Source: Acetobacteraceae bacterium
Lineage (GTDB): Bacteria > Pseudomonadota > Alphaproteobacteria > Acetobacterales > Acetobacteraceae
NCBI GenBank assembly: GCA_965246835.1
Contig: CBDFFQ010000001.1
Location: forward strand, 2,558,451 to 2,622,450
Direction: 5' to 3'
DNA length: 64,000 nucleotides
Position numbers and translations under genes: made by a program. Below, piece after piece: positions 30,090 to 39,575 of the stretch. Position 1 is the first letter of the stretch; each line of letters opens with the position of its first letter. The notes beneath the pieces were generated by a model. It saw nothing but the letters and a program-made list of their open reading frames with translations, ran no database searches and had not been told where the DNA came from.

Positions 30090-30458
30090 ATGAGCGAAAC
30101 AAAGACACAATTGAGTAAAGCGGAAGGCGGCCTGCGCTGGCTCGGCAAGCAATCTCTGCTCGGCGCACGTGACGGCTGCATAGCTCTCGCTGCGATGACG
30201 GCGATGACCTACAGCGCCACGGACAGCCTGACCCCGGACATGCTCAGGCCCCTCGCCGCTGCCTGGGATATTACCCTTGCTGACCATGAGGCGCTTCTCC
30301 GGGTCGCCTTCTTCGGAGGAGCAATCATCTCGGCAGCCCAGACCGCAGTGGGGTTCGCCGGCCTGTCGCTGGTCGCCCGCCTCCTCATCGCTGCGGGCAA
30401 AATCCTGTTCCGAGCGCACGTCCGTCCAGTGATGGAGGCGCGCGATGGCGGACGGTAA
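30090..30458 (+). CDS. small membrane protein
   Basis: Start set at ATG 30090 (MSETKTQL). Two hydrophobic helices. The stop overlaps the start of the 1002-aa gene. Confidence 0.5.
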   Translation: MSETKTQLSKAEGGLRWLGKQSLLGARDGCIALAAMTAMTYSATDSLTPDMLRPLAAAWDITLADHEALLRVAFFGGAIISAAQTAVGFAGLSLVARLLIAAGKILFRAHVRPVMEARDGGR

Positions 30459-33453
30459 TCACAGCGCGTTCCGGCGTGCCCGCAGTCTGCTGTTTCCGGC
30501 CATCGTGCCCGCCTTCAAAGACATGCACAGCACCATTGCCGAAGAGGCACGCGGCACTCGCAGCGTGGTCGCGGGTGCATTCTCCCCTTACCGACCCGAC
30601 CCGCGCGTTGCTGCCGTTTCAGACCCGAAGGAGCGCTTCAAGGTGGCCCTGTTCGTGGCAGGCCGCGGAGAGCGTGACCTGCCAGCCATCGAGCAGCAGG
30701 CCGGTCGCACGTTTGAGCTCTACGCCGTGCTGACCCTGATAGCCGTCCTGTGGCTGTTCGTCGCCCCCGCGCTCGGCCTCGGCGGCGCAAGCGGCTGGCG
30801 GCTCGCCGACCTGATGCTGCCCGTTGGTGTCGTCCTGTTAATCGGCTCCAAGGCGTTCGCGACCAGTGTCGCGCTGTACCGTATACAAAGGCGCAGCCTC
30901 GTCCCTGTTCGTGAGTTCCTGCGCGACCCGAATGCGTGGCTGGGCGGGAAACCGCACCTCGGCACGACCCTTACCGCACTCGCCATCGGCCTCGGCCTTG
31001 GTCATTTCCTGAACGCGCCCGCGCTGGCACAGGGGGCCGCCGTGACGGCCGCCGCAGGAATTCAGGGAGCCGGTGCTTCCTTGCAGACGCTGGCAACGTA
31101 TGCGGGCGCGGAAGACCTATCACTGGAATGGCTGCGCAGGCTGTTCCCCGGAATGGCGAACCTTGCCTGTCCGTCCAATCCCGTCACGGCAGCGGCGAAC
31201 TCCTGCGCCGCTTCGAACGCGGATGTTCTCGGCGCGATGATGGGCGCGCTGAACAGCATTCTTTGCGGGTTCGGCAGCATCATTCTCGCATGGCACACGA
31301 TTGCCGGCACCGTAGCCACCGCGCACGAGGGCAAGGTTATGGGCCAGCGCTGGCATACGATGTGGGCACCCGTACGGGTGTGTCTCGGCTTCGGTATGCT
31401 GGTGCCCGTCAAGGGCTACTGCGGCGCTCAGTTCGCCGTCCTGCTCGTCATCGTCGGCGGCTACAACATGGCGAACGGGCTGTGGTCCGCATACATCGAC
31501 AAGGCCTTGTCAGGTGAAATGGCATCTGTCGCCGCGAGCACCGCCCCCAGCATGGGGCTGGACCTCGCGCACTCGGTGCTCGGCTCCGAAACCTGCGTGG
31601 CCGTTCTCGACAACTACCGTCGCGGCGTGGACTCCCAGAACCGCGGCGCGCTCGCCCGCCTGAGCATCCGCATGGGCCTGTACGACACGGGAGTGCCTGC
31701 GACGAACCTGCCCAGCCCGGCCGGAACGGCAGGCACTGCCGACGTGAATGCCGGCCACATTGCAAACCTGCGCCTTGCCTCGGCTCTCACCCCCACGAAG
31801 ATATGGGACTACGGCACCGTCTGCGGCCTCATCCGCACAAGCGCCAACGATAACCCCGGCAACGAAATAGCCAGCGCTCTCGGCGGGGTCGTGAATACAG
31901 GACTGGGAGCGGTCGGCAGCGGTGTTAACACCGGGGTCAATCTTACCTTCGCGAACGCCTCGAACCAGGCTTACAGCGCCTTCATCACCACACGGGATGC
32001 GGCGGTGACGACTCTCATCACGTCTGTCAGGGCCGCAGGCCTGCACACAGCTGTCGCGAATGCCGTGTCGGCAGGACAGAACGTGGTCGTCGCCGGCAAC
32101 CCTGTCTCGGGTCCGGATATGGTTACAAAGTACAATGCGGTGCGCGCTGCCGCCGTCGCATTCGACGCGTCGGTGGATGATGCGGCCAAGGAGCTCGTCA
32201 CGGTTCTGAACAGCAGCGGCGGGGCCACGTTCAAGGCTCGCGCGCAGGCGCTCGGCTGGGCTTCGGCGGGTGGACTGAACAGCACGATGGTGCGGGCTGC
32301 CGCAAGGGCGCAGGAGTTGGTGACGAACGCAGCCCCGCGCGCCACGGGACCGAACCTGACCGAGCTGAGGACGGTAGCCGAGAGGGCACCCGCCGAGTAC
32401 CGCACGCAGCTGGAAGCGGGCCTCGGCTACCTCGGAAACATCGTCCGCGACATGGAAGCGCGCGGCGAGACCAACCCCCGCAGCACGACGCTTGGTGACG
32501 ACATGCAGGGCCGCAATCTGCTGGCCCAAATCGTCAAGCCCATCACCGACAGCATCATGCGCGGTCTCACCGACAAGGTGGCCTATATCGACCCTGTGCA
32601 TCCCATCGCCGACATCCAGAACCTCGGCAATCTGATGCTGGCGGGCGGATGGAGCGGCGTGGCCGTGCTGATAGCCGCGAAGAGCGGAGGGGGCTTCATC
32701 AACGGCATCCCCATCGTTGGCGGTATGGCCGGAGGTGCGATTCAGGGCGCGCTGGAAGCGCTGGGGCCGATTATCTGGACGCTGCTCGGGGCGCTGTTCA
32801 TCTGCGGAACCATGCACGCCTACATCCTGCCGATGCTGCCGTTCCTGCTGTGGTTTTATGCCATCATCGCCGTGGTTTCTCTGGCGGCCGAGCTGGTCAT
32901 CGCGGCTCCGCTTGCTGCGTTCATGCACATCCGTGCGGATGGTCAGGAACTCATCAACGCCGAGCAGCGGACCATTTACATGATGAGCTTCAACGCGCTG
33001 CTGCGGCCGAGCCTGCTGCTGTGCGGTCTGGTCGTCAGCAACCTGGTGCTGAGCGTTTCGGCCAACTTCCTGAACAAGCTTTACGGTGTGGCCGTGACCA
33101 CGACGAACGGCGACAGCGTGGTGGGCGTGATGGGGTTCATCTCGCTGACCGTGCTCGCCTTCTACATGCACTATCAGATGGTCGTGCGCAGCATGCACCT
33201 GATAACGGCGGTGCCTGCGATGGTCAGTAGCCTGCTTCAGGTGGGCGACCAGGAACGGGGTGAGAAGCACGAGGGCAACCAGGTGTTCGCTGCCATCGGC
33301 AACGTTACCCGGAGCGGTGTGAGCGCCACCAGCCAGGGACTGATGCGTGGGTTGGCACCTAAGCCCGGGCAGGAGCTTGAAAACCCGAAACCCCGCCCGC
33401 CGACAGAGAACAAGGTCACAGCCGCAGGAACCGGCGGGGGAGGTCAAACATGA
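30445..33453 (+). CDS. large polytopic membrane protein, DotA/TraY-like (tentative)
   Basis: 1002 aa. N-terminal TM hairpins. A WHTMWAPVRVCLGFGMLVPVKGYCGAQF segment recalls the DotA/TraY family. About 370 aa form an Ala/Gly/Asn-rich exported region. Ends in a C-terminal multi-TM bundle. Confidence 0.45.
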   Translation: MADGNHSAFRRARSLLFPAIVPAFKDMHSTIAEEARGTRSVVAGAFSPYRPDPRVAAVSDPKERFKVALFVAGRGERDLPAIEQQAGRTFELYAVLTLIAVLWLFVAPALGLGGASGWRLADLMLPVGVVLLIGSKAFATSVALYRIQRRSLVPVREFLRDPNAWLGGKPHLGTTLTALAIGLGLGHFLNAPALAQGAAVTAAAGIQGAGASLQTLATYAGAEDLSLEWLRRLFPGMANLACPSNPVTAAANSCAASNADVLGAMMGALNSILCGFGSIILAWHTIAGTVATAHEGKVMGQRWHTMWAPVRVCLGFGMLVPVKGYCGAQFAVLLVIVGGYNMANGLWSAYIDKALSGEMASVAASTAPSMGLDLAHSVLGSETCVAVLDNYRRGVDSQNRGALARLSIRMGLYDTGVPATNLPSPAGTAGTADVNAGHIANLRLASALTPTKIWDYGTVCGLIRTSANDNPGNEIASALGGVVNTGLGAVGSGVNTGVNLTFANASNQAYSAFITTRDAAVTTLITSVRAAGLHTAVANAVSAGQNVVVAGNPVSGPDMVTKYNAVRAAAVAFDASVDDAAKELVTVLNSSGGATFKARAQALGWASAGGLNSTMVRAAARAQELVTNAAPRATGPNLTELRTVAERAPAEYRTQLEAGLGYLGNIVRDMEARGETNPRSTTLGDDMQGRNLLAQIVKPITDSIMRGLTDKVAYIDPVHPIADIQNLGNLMLAGGWSGVAVLIAAKSGGGFINGIPIVGGMAGGAIQGALEALGPIIWTLLGALFICGTMHAYILPMLPFLLWFYAIIAVVSLAAELVIAAPLAAFMHIRADGQELINAEQRTIYMMSFNALLRPSLLLCGLVVSNLVLSVSANFLNKLYGVAVTTTNGDSVVGVMGFISLTVLAFYMHYQMVVRSMHLITAVPAMVSSLLQVGDQERGEKHEGNQVFAAIGNVTRSGVSATSQGLMRGLAPKPGQELENPKPRPPTENKVTAAGTGGGGQT

Positions 33454-33934
33454 CGGAAGGTATGAACGGCAACCGAGTAAGCAGCCCTGCGGAGAAGACC
33501 GCCACGGCTACGGGCGAACTGGAAGCAACTCGGGGAAGAGTGCGCCGCGTGGCTCCCTCAAGCGGAGCGCTACGAGAAACTGAACGGAGAGGGCTCGCTT
33601 CTGGACCGCACCCATCCCGCAGTGCAGAGAGTGGCTGAGGTGATGGCACGAGGACCAAACTTGAAGCGTAGGAATGATAGTTTGCCATATGTTCCCAATG
33701 ATGAGGGTGGGTGTAAATCTCCCGTCGAGAAGGCCACTAACTGTATACGGTGCGGGGCGCGCAACTCGCGGCCGACTTGGAATGAATATCTGGACATCTA
33801 TCTGGGCGCACTTGGCAGAATGCGCGACAGTGCCGAATGGACAGCGATACTCTTTGCCACCGACCGACCAAGAAAGCTTCGTGGTGACATCGTCAAACAC
33901 GCAACGCCACATCAACTTCAGCATTTTGCAGAGT

Positions 33935-34396
33935 TCAGGTATCGTTCCCGGTGCGCCTTAGGGAAAGTTGCCTCAACCGCTCCAGAATGACTGTCAGCTG
34001 CGTTACGTCCGTGACCCGACCCCGCCAGGCCTGTTCAAGCTCCACTCCTCCAACCGGCAGAATGACGTATTTCGCCTCGTCATCAGGGCGCACGCTCTGC
34101 CATATTTCGAAATCCTCGTCCGCGGGTTCGTCCTCCGGTGACAGGGAGTGAGGAACCATACCGACCCGCCCTGCCTCCAATACCAGGGTCAACTCCAGCG
34201 TCAAACGAACATGAAGCTGTTGCTGGTCTAAGATGCTGTCATCCCAAAGTCTTTGGAGCAGTTCCCACTTGTCATCGAGTCGATGGAGTTCGTAATTCGC
34301 CTCGGCCTCGTTGGCGCAAACTCGGGTCAGGAAGCCACTTCGCTCGGACCGGAACTGGTAGCATTCCTTGCCGCGCCAGATGAAGGGTAGGGCCAC
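33935..34396 (-). CDS. hypothetical acidic protein
   Basis: Coding-like frame (..YELHRLDDKWELLQRLWDD..EDEPADEDFEIW..). Probable GTG start at 34396. The longer track ORF runs into the IS256 end. Confidence 0.4.
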   Translation of the reverse strand: MALPFIWRGKECYQFRSERSGFLTRVCANEAEANYELHRLDDKWELLQRLWDDSILDQQQLHVRLTLELTLVLEAGRVGMVPHSLSPEDEPADEDFEIWQSVRPDDEAKYVILPVGGVELEQAWRGRVTDVTQLTVILERLRQLSLRRTGNDT

Positions 34397-34435
34397 TGTC
34401 AACCGCCTTGTCTGCTGAGGCCGCCACCATGAAGG

Positions 34436-35847
34436 GATCGTGTCCCGAGTCGTGGTGTAGCAACGGCGTTGCTGAGCAGGGCTGGCTGCTCGATCAGGCT
34501 GCCAAGGACGGCAGGCTGACGGCGATATCATCGCTGAGTGGGGCGATGGTTTCCAGGCTCATGTATCGGGCGCGCTGAACGGCCCATTCGTCGTGCTGTT
34601 CCAGCAGCAGCGCGCCGATCAGACGGGTGACGGCGGCCTCGTTGGGGAAGATGCCGACGACCTCGCTGCGGCGCTTAATCTCGCCGTTGAGGCGCTCGAG
34701 TGGGTTTGTGCTGTGCAGCTTGGCCCGATGCTGGACGGGAAAACCCATGTAGGCGAGCACGTCGGCCTCGGCGTCATCCATGAGGGCGGCGAGCTTTGGC
34801 ACGCGGGGCCGGGCCTGGTCGGCGACCTCGCGCCATTGCTTGCGTGCGGCAGCCGCGTCGTCTTGGGCGAACGCCGTGCCGACCCAGGCCGAGACGATGC
34901 GGCGCTGCGTCTTGCCCGCGTAGGCCAGTGCGTTGCGCATGAAATGCACCCGGCACCGCTGCCAGGTCGCGCCGAGCACCTTGATGATGGCGGCCTTGAG
35001 CCCGGGATGGGCGTCCGAGACGACCAGCTTGGCGCCGCGCAGGCCGCGCCTGGCCAGCGATCGCAGGAACTCGACCCAGAACGGCTCGGCCTCGCTGTGG
35101 CCCGTGGTCATGCCCAGCACCTCGCGCCTGCCATCTGTGTTGACGCCGACGGCGACGATGACGGCGACCGAGACGATGTGATGGTCGCGGCGGACTTTGA
35201 CGTAGGTGGCGTCAAGCCAGAGATACGGCCAATCCCCCTCAATCGGCCGGGCCAGGAAGGCGTTGACGCGCTCGTCGATCTCGCCGCACAGGCGGGAAAC
35301 CTGGCTCTTGCTGATGCCGTCCATGCCCATGGATCGCACCAGGTCGTCGACGGAGCGGGTGGAGATCCCCTGGATGTAGGCTTCCTGGATCACGGCCGTT
35401 AGCGCCTTCTCGGCCATGCGGCGGGGTTCGAGGAAGCCGGGGAAGTAGCTGCCCCGGCGCAGCTTCGGGATGCGCAGCTCGACGGTGCCGGCCCGGGTCT
35501 GCCAGTCGCGGTCGCGGTAGCCGTTGCGCTGGTTGGTCCGCTCGGCGCTGCGCTCGCCCGGTGCGGCGCCGCAGAGGCCGTCGGTTTCGAGTGCCATGAG
35601 GCGTTCGGCGGCGAAGCCGATCATCTCGCGCAGGAACGTCGTATCGGAGCCCTTCTCCAGAAGCGCGCGAAGGGCGATCTTGTCATCGGTCATCGTGGTG
35701 GTCCTCGGGTCAGAGTTGCGTCTCGCAACCCAACCCTACCCAGCAACATCGCGATGACCACTGATCGGCTCGTCTCCGCAGCCGCCTACGGCGACCGCTC
35801 CGACAAGCCGATCAGTGGCGTCCTACACCACTACCGGGGACACGACC
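34436..35847 (-). mobile_element. IS256-family insertion sequence (1412 bp)
   Basis: Imperfect terminal IRs G(A/G)TCGTGTCCC.. Flanked by the 8-bp direct repeat CATGAAGG (34428..34435 and 35848..35855). Confidence 0.85.
34494..35693 (-). CDS. IS256-family (mutator-type) transposase
   Basis: 399 aa. ..[37 protein letters not shown].. is characteristic. Confidence 0.9.
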   Translation of the reverse strand: MTDDKIALRALLEKGSDTTFLREMIGFAAERLMALETDGLCGAAPGERSAERTNQRNGYRDRDWQTRAGTVELRIPKLRRGSYFPGFLEPRRMAEKALTAVIQEAYIQGISTRSVDDLVRSMGMDGISKSQVSRLCGEIDERVNAFLARPIEGDWPYLWLDATYVKVRRDHHIVSVAVIVAVGVNTDGRREVLGMTTGHSEAEPFWVEFLRSLARRGLRGAKLVVSDAHPGLKAAIIKVLGATWQRCRVHFMRNALAYAGKTQRRIVSAWVGTAFAQDDAAAARKQWREVADQARPRVPKLAALMDDAEADVLAYMGFPVQHRAKLHSTNPLERLNGEIKRRSEVVGIFPNEAAVTRLIGALLLEQHDEWAVQRARYMSLETIAPLSDDIAVSLPSLAA

Positions 35848-35870
35848 CATGAAGGTCGCGTTCCAAAACA

Positions 35871-35894
35871 GAAAGGGGCCTCGCGGCCCCTTTC
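35871..35894 (-). terminator. Rho-independent terminator
   Basis: Perfect 10-bp stem GAAAGGGGCC/GGCCCCTTTC with a 4-nt loop, followed on the minus strand by TGTTTTGG. Lies 32 nt after the stop of 35926..36426. Confidence 0.7.
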
Positions 35895-35925
35895 CAAACC
35901 ATCCCGTTCCTGCTCCCCGAAGCCC

Positions 35926-36426
35926 TCAGGATATTCGATGGGCCTCGGGGTTCGTTATGCCAAGCCTCCGGGCCGCAGCATCGAACTCGGCTGCCCAGAC
36001 TCTGTAATTCCTCTTCAACGGCCTGCCATCCCTTAACTTCCCCACAACATCGTGGAGTGGACTGACCGGGTGAGCACCGCGCCATGCCGTCGTCACTGCG
36101 CCGTTCGCTTGGTCGGTGGCCTTTGCCAGCAAATCTCGCAGGTTCAAAGCCGCTTCCAGTTCGGCCACTCTGCGCTCCAGCCCGTGAGCATACTCTTTCC
36201 ATTCCAGAGCCGACTGGAGATTGATATCCGCCTGCCTGGCATTCCTGCCGGCGATGAACTGGTTGGTTCGAGCCGTGTTCAGCAGCCCAATATTCGTATC
36301 ACCTTCAAACACGATTTCTGCCCTCCTCTCGGGCACCCTTTCAAATCTCTCCGGCTCAACCCCTCCTTCGGTCGCTGCGGCCGGAGAGCCGCCTATCCAG
36401 CACCACGCAGGATATCTAAACAGCAA
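35926..36426 (-). CDS. hypothetical protein (coiled-coil segment)
   Basis: 166-aa ORF followed by a terminator. Divergent from the XRE gene. The start is uncertain. Confidence 0.5.
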   Translation of the reverse strand: MLFRYPAWCWIGGSPAAATEGGVEPERFERVPERRAEIVFEGDTNIGLLNTARTNQFIAGRNARQADINLQSALEWKEYAHGLERRVAELEAALNLRDLLAKATDQANGAVTTAWRGAHPVSPLHDVVGKLRDGRPLKRNYRVWAAEFDAAARRLGITNPEAHRIS

Positions 36427-36503
36427 TAATATAGCTCATAATGAACCACGCGTCAGCTCTATAAGCTGTTAGCCCGAAACGAGCCGTTTTGACACGGTTC
36501 GAT

Positions 36504-36875
36504 ATGGCCGAATCAGGAACATGGGGTGAGCGCTTGCGTGCCCGCGCGCAGGAACTGGGACTGTCAGATTCCGAGGTTGCTCGCCGTATCGGCATGACGC
36601 AGCGGAGATATTCGAGCTACGTGAATATGAGCCGCGAGCCGAACTTCGCAGACCTGCTGAGGGTTTGCGCGGGCCTGAGCACCACGCCGGATTACGTTCT
36701 CGGTGTGAGGCCAGCGGAGCCGCGGGACGATGCGGCCAGGCGCGCACTGTCGGCGCTCGACAACATGCCTGCCGAATACCTCCTCCCGGCAGTCGCAGCC
36801 GTTGAGGGTATGGCAGCTTGTCCGCCACCGGTCACTGCCGCAGATCGGCTGAAGCCGAAGCGCCTAAAAACCTGA
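36504..36875 (+). CDS. XRE-family helix-turn-helix transcriptional regulator
   Basis: WGERLRARAQELGLSDSEVARRIGMTQRRYSSYVNMSREPNFADLLRVCAGL. ATG 36504 is preferred over the TTG at 36489. Confidence 0.75.
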   Translation: MAESGTWGERLRARAQELGLSDSEVARRIGMTQRRYSSYVNMSREPNFADLLRVCAGLSTTPDYVLGVRPAEPRDDAARRALSALDNMPAEYLLPAVAAVEGMAACPPPVTAADRLKPKRLKT

Positions 36876-36971
36876 CCCGGTATCCTTCGGGGCGACCTGA
36901 AACAGCCTTCCGGCCCACTTACCAATGAGCCATAGTCCGAAACGTGCTTCGGAGTAGCTCATTTGCGTCAT

Positions 36972-37415
36972 ATGTCTATATTCCTCCCTGTGCTGCTGGC
37001 CTCCTGTGTCGCAGCACCGCAGCCCTACTACGGGGCACAGCAACAGCCCGCCGTCTACACTGCCCCTCCTCAGCCCGTCCCACAGCGAGGTGCGTCCGTT
37101 CGTCCCGGGACGGTGACAAACTTCGCGGGAAGCGGCGACGGCAGCAAAATCACGGTCAAGCTCACGACCATAAGCAACGGGAATGTCCGCGCTGAGGGCG
37201 GGGTGTCGGGTGTTGGCGGAGGCTTCTGCGCCGGCTCATTTTCGGGGAGTGGTCCGCTTCGTGGGCAGTCGCTGGTTGTTCGTGACGAGACGGTCCCCGA
37301 GTGCAGTTTCACTCTGACCCGAAACGGTCGGCGGCTGACGGTTGAGGAAGCACCGCAATGCCTGCCGACTCACGGGCCGTCCTGTGGCTTCTCCGGAGTG
37401 CTAACGCAGCGGTAG
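36972..37415 (+). CDS. lipoprotein
   Basis: MSIFLPVLLASC lipobox signal. Confidence 0.6.
   Translation: MSIFLPVLLASCVAAPQPYYGAQQQPAVYTAPPQPVPQRGASVRPGTVTNFAGSGDGSKITVKLTTISNGNVRAEGGVSGVGGGFCAGSFSGSGPLRGQSLVVRDETVPECSFTLTRNGRRLTVEEAPQCLPTHGPSCGFSGVLTQR
37099..37114. repeat. motif A copy 6
   Basis: ttcGTCCCGGGACggt. In the lipoprotein CDS, read as R-P-G-T. Confidence 0.8.
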
Positions 37416-37456
37416 CGGCTTCCCCGGCACGAATTTCCTACAATGATGAGGTTTGC

Positions 37457-37936
37457 ATGGCGACGTTCTGGAACGCGACGGGCACGGTTGAGGCGCTGGG
37501 TAATTCGACGTTCAACAAGGCCGCGACCGAGTATTCCGTGGTCAAGATGCGGGACGGGGCAGGTCATCTTTTCACCGGCCATAAGGTCGTCTGCGCCACC
37601 AACACGCACGCCGACATGGGGGTCGGTGCGCACCTGACCCTGCTCGGTTTCGAGGCCGAGGGGAAGCACTGGGTGTTCGCAGCGATATCCGGAAAGGATG
37701 TCTCGGAAGACATCTCGGAAATGGCCGCCGGAAAGGGAACGCTCATCCGCATGGGCACGATGTTTTGCCTGTTTGGAGCTCTGATTGCAGTTACCATCAT
37801 CGGTATCATCGTCACGATTGCGCTCGTCCCACACGGCATTCGCATGCTGAAGACCGGCGGTGAGTTCCCCGACAGGGCTCAGATGGACGCTTACCTTCGC
37901 CAGCATCTCGCGTTGTCGGAGACCGGTGCAGTGTGA
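37457..37936 (+). CDS. membrane-anchored hypothetical protein
   Basis: Start set at ATG 37457 (MATFWNATG). C-terminal TM helix FCLFGALIAVTIIGIIVTIALV. Confidence 0.5.
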   Translation: MATFWNATGTVEALGNSTFNKAATEYSVVKMRDGAGHLFTGHKVVCATNTHADMGVGAHLTLLGFEAEGKHWVFAAISGKDVSEDISEMAAGKGTLIRMGTMFCLFGALIAVTIIGIIVTIALVPHGIRMLKTGGEFPDRAQMDAYLRQHLALSETGAV

Positions 37937-37957
37937 GCGGGCTGTTGGGTCCGTCCA

Positions 37958-38650
37958 TCAGGAGGGAGTTGCCACCTCCGGGAGCGGCTCACGTCGTGGT
38001 CTCCCCGGTCCACGACGTGGTGCAAGAGCCGCAGAGCTTTCCTCAACATCGACCTGTGACGGTAAACGCCGGACCAACTCGCCCAGCGTACCTTGCAGGT
38101 GCTCCACCGTTCGTCGGGTTGCCTGCTCTTCTCCCCGCGCCGTTGCCTCTGCCTGCCTCGCTGCAGCAACAGCCGCCGCAGCAGCCTGCGTGTCATTCGC
38201 ACGGTCGCCGCGCTCCTGTTCAAGGTCTCTGGAAAGCGCTGCATACCGCTCGTCAGCTATCTCCAGCAGTCGGGTCGCCTCGGCGCTGTCATCCTCCAGC
38301 TCAGCAACCCGTGCGCGCGCCGCGCCAATTTCCGCCTGGACACGCTGGCCGGAAAGTTCGGACGCTGCCCTCCACGCAGCGGAGAACGCCGCCCTCAACT
38401 CGGATGTCAGACGTTCCTCGGCCGTTGCGAGGCTGTCGGCCACAGCAGGCGGCAATGCCACCGTAAGCTCAGTGGCCGGCGCTGCATGAGCGCTGACGTT
38501 CAGACTGTCCCAGATTGCGGCCAAGCGGTCGGCTCGTCCCGAGCCGATAATCGTCCGAAGCGTCCAGCCGGTTATGGTTTTCCCTTTTGTGGTAAGCTCC
38601 TCCGCAGCCGCACGCACTTGCTCTTCTGTAATAACTGAAATTGCTGGCAT
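37958..38650 (-). CDS. kfrA: KfrA-like DNA-binding coiled-coil protein
   Basis: N-terminus ITEEQVRAAAEELTTKGKTITGWTLRTIIGSGRADRLAAIW (KfrA_N-like), followed by a long Ala/Glu/Arg coiled coil. Confidence 0.65.
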   Translation of the reverse strand: MPAISVITEEQVRAAAEELTTKGKTITGWTLRTIIGSGRADRLAAIWDSLNVSAHAAPATELTVALPPAVADSLATAEERLTSELRAAFSAAWRAASELSGQRVQAEIGAARARVAELEDDSAEATRLLEIADERYAALSRDLEQERGDRANDTQAAAAAVAAARQAEATARGEEQATRRTVEHLQGTLGELVRRLPSQVDVEESSAALAPRRGPGRPRREPLPEVATPS

Positions 38651-38662
38651 CCTGGTCCTCCT

Positions 38663-38692
38663 CTAACGTTAGCGAACGTTCGTTAACGTTAG
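38663..38692. promoter_or_regulatory. near-perfect 30-bp palindrome with three AACGTT hexamers at 10-bp spacing (candidate operator)
   Basis: CTAACGTTAGCGAACGTTCGTTAACGTTAG, lying between the predicted -10 and the RBS of the kfrA-like gene. Confidence 0.6.
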
Positions 38693-38721
38693 TATATCGT
38701 CATGGGCTGGTGCCTCGTCAA
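38693..38721 (-). promoter_or_regulatory. sigma70-like promoter of the kfrA-like gene
   Basis: On the minus strand: TTGACG (38716..38721), 17 nt, GATATA (38693..38698). Confidence 0.45.
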
Positions 38722-38769
38722 CAGTATTAAGAATTATTATTCATAGCCCTAATTTACTCTTATTCATTC

Positions 38770-38785
38770 TCATCGGTGCTGATGG
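38770..38785. repeat. motif B copy 2
   Basis: TCATCGGTGCTGATGG, intergenic, 18 bp from motif A copy 7. Confidence 0.65.
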
Positions 38786-38800
38786 TTTACTGTCCGCGCT

Positions 38801-38816
38801 ATGGTCCCGGGACGGA
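38801..38816. repeat. motif A copy 7
   Basis: atgGTCCCGGGACgga, intergenic. Confidence 0.8.
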
Positions 38817-38828
38817 CACACATTCCTC

Positions 38829-39575
38829 CTACCCGTCGGGCAGATGTTCCAGCAGCAGAACCGCCCCCGGCAACGCCTTCCGCTTCTGCCGCAAAAGCTT
38901 CAGCCCGCCCGCCGCAAGGACAGCCAGAGCCTCCAGAAGCTCCCGTAATCTGTCCACGCTGCCCGCTTCAAAAGGCAGAACACAGCCGCCTGACGCGTCA
39001 GCAATCGCATCAAATGCCGACCGATGCTCACGGGCAGAACTGTCTGCCGTGTCGTGGAGGACGATGACCCGGCAGCCTTTCAAACGCAGAGCCTTGGCTG
39101 CTGCAACCGCCTCGGGCAGGGCCTCTTCGAATACGTCACCGATGTACACGGCCACCTTCAGCCGCTCGACCAACCGCGCTCTGTCCAGAACTTCGACCAA
39201 GCGCGTTACACCTCCCTTGCAGCGCACGGATGCCGCCCTGTCCCTGAGGTGAGCGGCATCAGCAGAGAAGTCCGTCCAGGTGTGAACCTCTGAGCCGCCA
39301 TGAACGGCGAGACCGACATCCAGCCCGTCAGGCACGGCAGAGAACAGGCTGTCCGTGACCTGCTTGGCCGTCACCCAAGCCGGTTCCCGACTGGCCGTGG
39401 CATCCACCGCCAGCAACAGGCGCGGTCGGCCTGCGTCCAGCGCTGCTCGTCGGAGGTCGGCTGACGTTGGTTGAACGAGAGCGGGCGGCTTAGCTGCACG
39501 TATCCGGTCCAGGGCAGCCGAAGACTTGCCGATAACGGGGAGGCCGCGGCGAGGAGGTACGACGAGATTGCCCAT
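38829..39575 (-). CDS. von Willebrand factor A (vWA) domain protein
   Basis: LLLAVDATASREPAW (MIDAS-like D-x-T-x-S) ... VYIGDVFEE ... VIVLHD. The ATG overlaps the stop of the J-domain gene (TGATG). Confidence 0.65.
   Translation of the reverse strand: MGNLVVPPRRGLPVIGKSSAALDRIRAAKPPALVQPTSADLRRAALDAGRPRLLLAVDATASREPAWVTAKQVTDSLFSAVPDGLDVGLAVHGGSEVHTWTDFSADAAHLRDRAASVRCKGGVTRLVEVLDRARLVERLKVAVYIGDVFEEALPEAVAAAKALRLKGCRVIVLHDTADSSAREHRSAFDAIADASGGCVLPFEAGSVDRLRELLEALAVLAAGGLKLLRQKRKALPGAVLLLEHLPDG

Noticed and set aside
33450-33990. Small ORFs after the DotA-like gene: 33450..33638 (+), 33622..33990 (+) and 33508..33924 (-).
   Set aside because: They are mutually overlapping, without recognisable motifs or convincing RBS. 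33622..33990 (with a CIRCG motif) is the most protein-like, but I cannot support any of them.
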